A DNA stretch of 29,110 nucleotides. Origin: Chiloscyllium plagiosum. Taxonomy: Eukaryota. The notes under the pieces are model-generated. The model searched no databases. It was not told the DNA's origin and was given only the letters and a program-made list of their open reading frames with translations. A program made the translations under genes and the position numbers. Of the stretch, positions 22,123 to 29,110 are shown piece by piece. The DNA lies in NCBI RefSeq assembly GCF_004010195.1, contig NC_057718.1:28173780-28202889 (forward strand). Direction: 5' to 3'. Position 1 is the first letter of the stretch. Each line of letters opens with the position of its first letter.

Positions 22123-22500
22123 CTAGTTGCTATCATGCAATAAATTATATCCAGTGGAATTCAATTATCTCTTCTCGTTAGAGACCCAATGGGTTTCCTA
22201 CACCATACTGGAGCAAGCCCTGAAGATCCCTATCCTGAAACACGCTGATGTCAGCAAATCCACTTGAGCAATCACACAGAGTGTTCATACAACATGTTGA
22301 ACAATGATACAAATTGCTGATACAACAGGCACCATTTATACTTGCTAGAGCTTGAAGCCATGTTCCTTGGTAACCACACTTCAAAAGTATTGACTGTACA
22401 GTGCTTTGAGACATCATGTGGTTATGAGTGATGTTGTGTAAGTGGACAAAGTTAAGAATCACAAAACAACAGGTTATAGTCCAACAGGTTTATTTGGAAG

Positions 22501-22535
22501 CACTAGCTTTCGGAACACTGCTCCTTCATCAGGTG
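22501..22535 (-). ncRNA. Minimal hammerhead-ribozyme motif, intact core
   Basis: cac-CUGAUGA-A-GGAGC-agu-GUUCC-GAAAG-CUA-gug; palindromic stem III AGCU. Confidence 0.7.
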
Positions 22536-22936
22536 GTTGTGGAACATAAGACACAGAATTTATAGCAAAAGGTTACTGTGTCATGCAACTGAAATGATAT
22601 ATTGGACAAAGCTGGATTGTTGTTAAGTCTTTCATCTTTTAGAATGGGTTGCAGGTTTCAGTTCATTAATATGTAAATCCTAGAACTTCTTTTAACTCAC
22701 CTTCTCGAAGTAACTTAAGGTTTTATAACAAAAGGTGACATCTCAGCTCAGACAATGCATTAAAGGTCAGAGCCTGTCTGTATCCCAATCTTGAGTCAGA
22801 CTGGTTCTACTTCCAAGGTAGGAATTTATAAAATATTACATGTATTGACTGCCTGCAGATTGTGCAATTCTTGAGCAAAATAGAATGTATCTGCAAATAT
22901 AATTCTGAAAATACAAATTCACCCCATAGACTTACA

Positions 22937-23156
22937 TGTGTGTGTGTGTACATGAGCGAGAGAGATAGTGAGATAGAGTGAGAGAGTGTGTGCATGTGAG
23001 TGTGTGCATGCAAGTATGAGTACATGTGAGAGAGTCTGTTTGTGTGTGTGAAAGCTTGGTAAAGTGTGTGTCTGGATGTGATGGAGTATAAGCCTGTGAG
23101 AGAGTGTGCGCGTGGGTGTGAGTGTAGGGGGTACGTGTGTGTGTATATGAGAGGAG

Positions 23157-23192
<36 letters not shown>
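22937..23192. repeat. (TG)n/(GA)n-rich tract within the PLE 3' region
   Basis: Direct observation; pure TG run at about 23158-23192. Confidence 0.95.
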
Positions 23193-23194
<2 letters not shown>

Positions 23195-24847
23195 TGCAAT
23201 GGGATCACCTGTTGCCTGACATGAACCCACGGTCCCAGTTGTGGCCATCCCCCTGGTACCGAACTTGGCCATCAGCCTCTGCTCGGCCACTTCGTGTTGT
23301 TGCCTGTCCCGAAGTCCCCCTTGGAGGAGGGTCACCCGAAGATCCGAGGTTGAATGTCCCTGACTGCTGAAGTGTTCCCTGACAGGGAGGGAACACTCCT
23401 GCCTGGCGATAGTTGAACAGTGTTCATTCATCTATTGTCATAGTGTCTGTTTGGTCTCATCAATGTACCATGCCTTGGGGCATCCTTGCCTGCTGCGTAT
23501 GAGATAAATAATGTTGGCCGAGTCACAGGAGTACCTGCTGCGTACATGGTGGGTGGTGTCCCCACAGATAACTCTGACACTTCTTGTAGTGGATGATATG
23601 ATAGAGTTGTATGGTGTTGTGGTTGATATTGTCCTGAAGGCTGAGCAGCTTGCTCCAAACATTTATCTGTTTGAGGTTTGGTGGTTGTTTAAAGGTGAGA
23701 AGTGGAGGTGTGGGAAAGGTCTTGGCGAGGTGCTTATCCTCATTGATAATGTGTTGCAGGCTGTGATGAACATGGCGTAGTTTTTTGACTCCTGGGAAGT
23801 ACCAGACAACGAAGGGTACCCTGTCGGTTGCAGCTTGTGTCTATCTCCTGAGAAGGTCCTTACAGTTTCTTGCTGTAGCATGACGGAACTGGTGGTTGAT
23901 GAGTTGAGCATCATACCCTGTTCTTATGAGGGCATCCTTGAGTACTTCCAGATGCCCATCACATTCCTCCACATCTGAACAGATCGTGTGTATTCGTAGG
24001 ACTTGTAAGTATTGGATAGCTGTTTTAATATGTTTCAGCTGGAAGCTGGAGAAGTGTAGCACTGTGAGGTTATCTGTGGGTCTGCAGTAGAATGAGGTAC
24101 TGAGGTGCCCATCCTTGATGGAGATGCATGTGTCCAAGAATGCGACAGATACTAAAGAGAAGTCCACGGTGAGTTTGATGGTTGGATGAAACTCATTGAT
24201 ATCACTGTGTCGTTGTTTCAGTGACTCCTCAACATGGGTCCAGAGGAAGAAAATGTTGTTAATATATCTGGTGTAAAGTTTTGGTTGGAGGTCTAGTGCA
24301 GCAAGGAAGTCTTGTTCGAATTGGTCCATGAAAATATTGGCATATTGGGGTGAAACTCATTGTATGTGTCTGGATGAAGATCTGGTTGTCAAACGTGAAA
24401 ACGTTGTGGAAGAGAATGAAGTGGATGAGTTGTAGGATGATGCTTGGAGATTGGCAGTTGTTGGTGTAGAGCACTGAAGCTGTTGCAGCGATGCCATCGT
24501 GGTGGGGGATGCTGGTGTAGAGTGCTGAAATGTCCGTTGTGATGAGGAATTTTCCTGGTTCAATTGGTCCATGGGTGCTAGCTTTCTGTAAGAAATCGCG
24601 ACAGAAGCTGGGAGTCCCCTGTACAATGGGTTTCAAGATGCCCTCGACATAGACAAAGAGATTCTTACACAGAGTCCCATTACCTGAAGTTCTGGGAATT
24701 ATATATTAATGAACCTAAACCTGCAACCCTTTCTAAAAAATGAAAAACTTAACAACAATCCAGGTTTGTTCAATATATCGTATCAGTTGCATAATACTGT
24801 AATTTTTTGCTATAAATTCTGTGTCTTATGGTCTTAAGTTTCACAAC

Positions 24848-24882
24848 CACCTGATGAAGGAGCAGCGCTCCGAAAGCTAGTG
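24848..24882 (+). ncRNA. Minimal hammerhead-ribozyme motif, intact core
   Basis: cac-CUGAUGA-A-GGAGC-agc-GCUCC-GAAAG-CUA-gug. Confidence 0.72.
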
Positions 24883-24997
24883 CTTCCAAGTAAACCTGTT
24901 GGACTATAACCTGGTGTTTTGTGATTTTTAACTTTGTCCACCCCAGTCCAACACCAGCTCCTCCATATCATGCTTTGTAAGTGCAAATCTTTCATTT

Positions 24998-25100
24998 TAT
25001 GTGGTTCGGTGTCAAATTTTGATTCATAAAACCCCTGTGAGATACCTTAGAACAATTTGTTATGTTAGAGGTGCTATAAAAATGTACGTTATTGTTGCTG
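24998..25100 (+). mobile_element. L2-type 3' tail fragment
   Basis: atgtggttcggtgtcaaatttt...cctgtgag...ggtgctataaaaatg...ttgttg. Confidence 0.5.
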
Positions 25101-26389
25101 CCACACTTCAGGTTGAGAAAAGATCATCTGTGATAAGTGGGGCTGGGTAGTTATCTGCATTGGAACCTAGGCTGCCAAAATTCAGGGGTGCTGTGACAAG
25201 AGAAAATTAAGATACAGACAGTGTAGGATCTTTGATTGATGCTAACAGCATGATCAATAATACGTTAATTGTCCTATAATTATGACACAGCAAGTAAACA
25301 TAAAAGATCTGGCAAATATATTTTATATTATTCTTGTAGATTCTTGGCTTCAATTATTGGATAACTTCTGCAGAGAAATGTACCAGAATTTAATTGTTGC
25401 ATTTTAAAATTGTTGACTGTATTCTCGTTCTCCTTTGGGGTTACTTGTATATTTGTATTTTCTCTTGTCGAAGTCATTAGTGCAGCAATACGTGACATTA
25501 CCAATTCTCAGAAACAGATTTATGTAATAACACATTCCTGACTTTCAATATCGAAAATACATAAAATATTCCCATATCAACCATAACTGTAGGAAATCAC
25601 ATTTTGGTATATGAAGAATAGTGCATTTTAAGTTTTTTGCTGGAGACATAATTGGACGACCGCGATGCTTCATTATCCCCAAACTGGGTCCAGTGTCTCC
25701 TGGTAACTGGGGCTGTCAAGACGTGAATTGTTCCATCTCAGGATGCAGGCAGTAAATCATCATGCATGTGGGGAACTGCAATTCCCAATTTAATGGAATT
25801 TTAATGGGATTGACCTGATCACAAAGGGTATTGCAGGACAGGAACCCAACTACTGAAGCAATGTGCTATACTGTGGTTTGTTTTCCTTAGCCTCTAGGTC
25901 CTGACCAATCCCAGTGTAGTATAATGTGAATAGATGTGATAATGGCGATGTGGCGTATTGTAATGTCATGTGCATGTGAATGTATCTCACACTCAGGTAT
26001 GAATCCATGCATTCTGACATCGCCAGCCTTCTTCTGTGCAGTGCTCCTCAGAACAACATACCTGGCAGCTTTACTCATCACACTGTCTACTGATGTACCC
26101 TCTCACATCCTCATCTGGGAACCCTAACCCTCACCATATCTCAGTGTCATCTTTCTTACATCTAATCCTCACAGACACACCCCACAGATGCTGGCATTCC
26201 ATCCGTTACATGGGCCAGATTTTCAACAAGTCCGGGTGATTTAAAGGAACTTTACAAATAACACATGGGTCCTAGTTCCAGGATTCTTGATTCCACTACA
26301 ATGTTTGGGAGTTCCTTTTAATAGTTCCCAGCTAGATTGAATCACGAGTTGAGATGCAGCTCTCTAACCCTGGCTGCTTCCATTGTGGA

Positions 26390-28302
26390 GGTAAAAGTGA
26401 GGATTGCAGATGCTGGAGGTTAGAGTCAAGAGTGTGGTGCTGGAAAAGCACAGCAGGTCAGGCAACATCCCAGGAGCAGGAAAATTGACGTTTCGGGCAA
26501 AAGCTCTTCACCAGAATGAGGCTGGGAGCCTCTGGGTGGAGAGATAAATGGGAGGGGTGTGTGGCTGGGGTTAGGGTAGCTGAGAGTGTGATTGGTGGAT
26601 GGAGGTGGGGGTAAAGGTGATAGGTCGGAGGGGAGGGTGGAGTGGATAGGTGGGAAGTAAGATGGACAGGTCATGAGGGTGGTGCTGAATTGGAAGATTT
26701 GGAACAGGGATAAGGGGGGGAGGGGAAATGAGGAAAACTGGTGAAATCCACATTGATGTCGTGGGGATGGAGGATCCCGAGGCAGAAGATGAGGCGTTCT
26801 TCCTCCAGGCGTCGGGTGGTTAAGGAGGCCCAGGACCTGCATGTCCTTGGTGGAGTGTGAGGGAGAGTTGAAGTGTTCGGCCATGGGGCAGTGGGGTTGG
26901 ATCGTGCGGGTGTCCCAGAGATGTTCCCTGAAGCGCTCTGTGAGTAGGCGTCCTGTCTCCCCAATGTAGAGGAGACCGCATCAGGAGCAACAGATACAGT
27001 AAATGACATGTGTGGAAGTGCAGGTGAAGCTTTGATGGATGTGGAAGGCTCCTTTGTGGCATTGGATGGAGGTGAGGGGGGAGGTGTGGGCACAGGTTTT
27101 GCAATTCCTACAGTCGCAGGGGAGGGTGCAGGAGGGGAGGGTGGGTTGGTGAGGGGCATGGACCTGATGAGGCAGTCACAGAGGGAACGGTCTTTACAGA
27201 AAGTGGAAAGGGGTAGAGAGTGGATGAGATGCGCGGGAGGGCATCATCAACCACATGGGAGGGGAAATTGTGGTCTTTAAAGAAGGAGACCATCTGGTGT
27301 GTTCTGTGGTGGAACTGGTCCTCCTGGGAGTAGATGCGGAGGAGGCAGAGGAATTGGGAATAAGGGATAGCAGGGTATGAGGAGGTGTAATCCAGGTAGC
27401 TGTGGGAGTTGGTGGGTTTGTAAAGATGTCAGTGTTGAGTTGGTCATTGTTGATGGAACTCGAGAGGTCCAGGAAGGGGAGGGAGGTGTCTGTGATGGTC
27501 CAGGTGAACTTAAGGTCGGGGTTGATACCTCCATGTTGGAGCACTAGGTGGCGCCAATGCAGTCATTAATATAGTGGAGGAAAAGGTGGGGGTGGTGCCG
27601 GTGTAACTATGGAAGATGGACTGTTCCACGTAACTGACAAAGAGACAGGCATAGCTGGGGCCCATGCAGATGCCCATGGCTACCCCTTTCATCTGGAGGG
27701 AGGATACAAAGGAGAAATTATTGAGGGTGAGGACCAGTTCAGCCAAACAAATTAGAGTGTCAGTGGAGGGGTACTGGTGGGGACATCGGGAGTGGAAGAA
27801 ACTGAGGGCTTGGAGGCCCTGGTCACAGCAGATGGAGGTGTAGAGGGTCTGGATTCAATGGTGAGGCATTGGGGGCCAGGGAAACAAAGGTTTTGGAGGA
27901 GGTGGAGGGCATGGTGGTGTCCCAAATGTAAGTGGCCAGTTCCTGGACCAGGGAGGCTAGGACAGTATCAAGGTATGTGGAGATGAATTCGGTGGGGCAG
28001 GAGCAGGCTGAGACGATGGGTCGGCCGGGGTAGTCAGACTTGTGGATCTTGGGTAGGAGGTAGATCCGGGAGGTGCGGGGGTCCCGAGCTATTAGGTTGG
28101 AAATTGTGAGTGGGAGATCCCCTGAGGTTGTGTACAGTCTGGTTTGGTGATGGGAGGTGAGGTTGTAGTTGAGGGGGCAGTCTTTAAGTTGGAGCCTGGC
28201 TTCAGCAATGGAAAGGTCAGTGCGCCAAAATACCACTGCACCCCCCCCAACCCCCAACCAACCCTCTTGTCCACTGGTCTGATGGTGAGGTTGGGGTTGG
28301 AA
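26390..28302 (-). mobile_element. Penelope-like element (Neptune-like, second lineage), 5'-truncated
   Basis: IYLLPKIHK..PGRPIVS and GVAMGICMGPSYACLF (RT); Cys linker PCDCRNCKTC; VIYCICCS*CGLLYIGETGR (GIY-YIG); terminal repeat with CUGGUGA..GAAACGUC at 26487-26514; possible TSD at 26378-26389 and 28303-28314. Confidence 0.95.
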
Positions 28303-28612
28303 TTCCAATGTCGAATTAGGCATGGCCTACGCTTCTCCCATTTTTGGAGGAATCAGGACAGCTTTTTAACATGTTGTAACTCATGGTCCCTAAAGATAGC
28401 ATGAGGCATAGACTGCATGAGGGAATCTCTTGCAAACTAAGTTCAAAAGATCCTCCTCAAGTCCTAATGCCATGATATGCTCCCCAAACTACCCTTATTG
28501 GCTTCATATGCTGCATGCCCAGGTATTCCATCCAAATAATCCCTTCCATGATCCATCATGTTCTCCATATTCAGGTATCCCTTCCCTTCTTTGTCATGAC
28601 ACCCATACCAAG

Positions 28613-28650
28613 GTATATATATATATGTATATATAAATATATACACACAC
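28613..28650. repeat. (TA)n/(CA)n microsatellite
   Basis: Direct observation. Confidence 0.9.
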
Positions 28651-28944
28651 TATCCTGACAGTTGTCTATGTAAAGAAAATTTAAAAAGAAGCGATTCATT
28701 TATAATTTTTTCTACATTAAAAAGACTCCTTTTTACTACAGGGCAATATCTGTGTCAATAATCCTGGTCTATTAAAGTTTAATACCTGACACTGTCAGAT
28801 GTTTGAAACCCCCATAACCTTCGGCAAGCATTGTGTATTTGATAGAGACCGAGCTGTTAGTCAGTCTGGGATTCAAGAGTTTCACCAATCTAAGGATTGG
28901 GCTCCCAAAAACATTGAAACATGTTGGTTCCTCTTTTTTTTCTA

Positions 28945-29110
28945 GGAGAAAGTGAGGACTGCAAATGCTGGAGATGCTCCAGCATCTGCAGTCCTCACTT
29001 TCTCCAAGAAGATTTTAACCTATTGCGAATCCTCTTGCAAGGATGCCTTCCTTGAAGAAGCTCTCTTCCTCCCTCTACAAAGATTTCAGTGAGTCCCTCT
29101 CTCACTGCAC
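28945..29110 (+). mobile_element. Palindromic PLE terminus, with probable PLE sequence running off the window
   Basis: 29-bp arms at 28945-28973 and 28977-29005 (1 mismatch, 3-nt loop); the arm sequence matches the PLE end at 26394-26418. Confidence 0.7.

Larger units (their letters stand above)
22445..24969 (-). mobile_element. Penelope-like element (Neptune-like) with about 245-bp inverted terminal repeats
   Basis: RT ITTDISALYTSIPH and YTRYINNIFFLW; endonuclease IIYLIRSRQGCPKAWYIDET; inverted repeats at about 22443-22689 and 24686-24940; TSD at 22431-22444 and 24970-24983 (2 mismatches). Confidence 0.95.

Noticed and set aside
22807..23431. His/Thr-rich ORFs
   Set aside because: Translation of a (CA)n tract joined to the PLE endonuclease tail.
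19650..25100. A single L2 split by 5 kb of nested insertions
   Set aside because: The two L2-like pieces seem to overlap in consensus position, and no TSD supports joining them.
25340..25535. Plus-strand exon candidates after pyrimidine tracts
   Set aside because: Short frames with no recognisable protein in AT-rich sequence.

Overview
Eukaryotic, repeat-dominated window with no recognisable intact host gene, so probably intronic or intergenic. The repeat content (HE1-type tRNA-derived V-SINEs, CR1 LINEs, Deu-domain SINE relics) points to a shark or ray genome; this is an inference from repeat families. Every ORF in the supplied track with recognisable motifs is a broken transposon fragment. 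Main contents: (i) Penelope-like elements (PLEs; RT + GIY-YIG) of at least three lineages, plus short PLE-derived insertions and fold-backs with 10-16 bp target-site duplications (TSDs); their terminal repeats carry minimal hammerhead-ribozyme motifs, some with an intact core. (ii) A deleted Ty3/Gypsy relic with the Gmr1-like order Gag-PR-IN-RT, and a related solo LTR. (iii) Several CR1 pieces, one with an L1-style 5' inversion inside a SINE. (iv) A decayed Myb/SANT gene of probable Harbinger origin with a perfect hairpin in its putative intron. (v) Two GC-rich non-coding retroposon-like elements sharing a 3' tail. No clearly new system can be proven from the sequence alone. The best leads are the ribozyme-bearing mini-insertions, the inverted CR1 and the shared-tail non-coding elements. 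Family names come from motif recall, not database searches.
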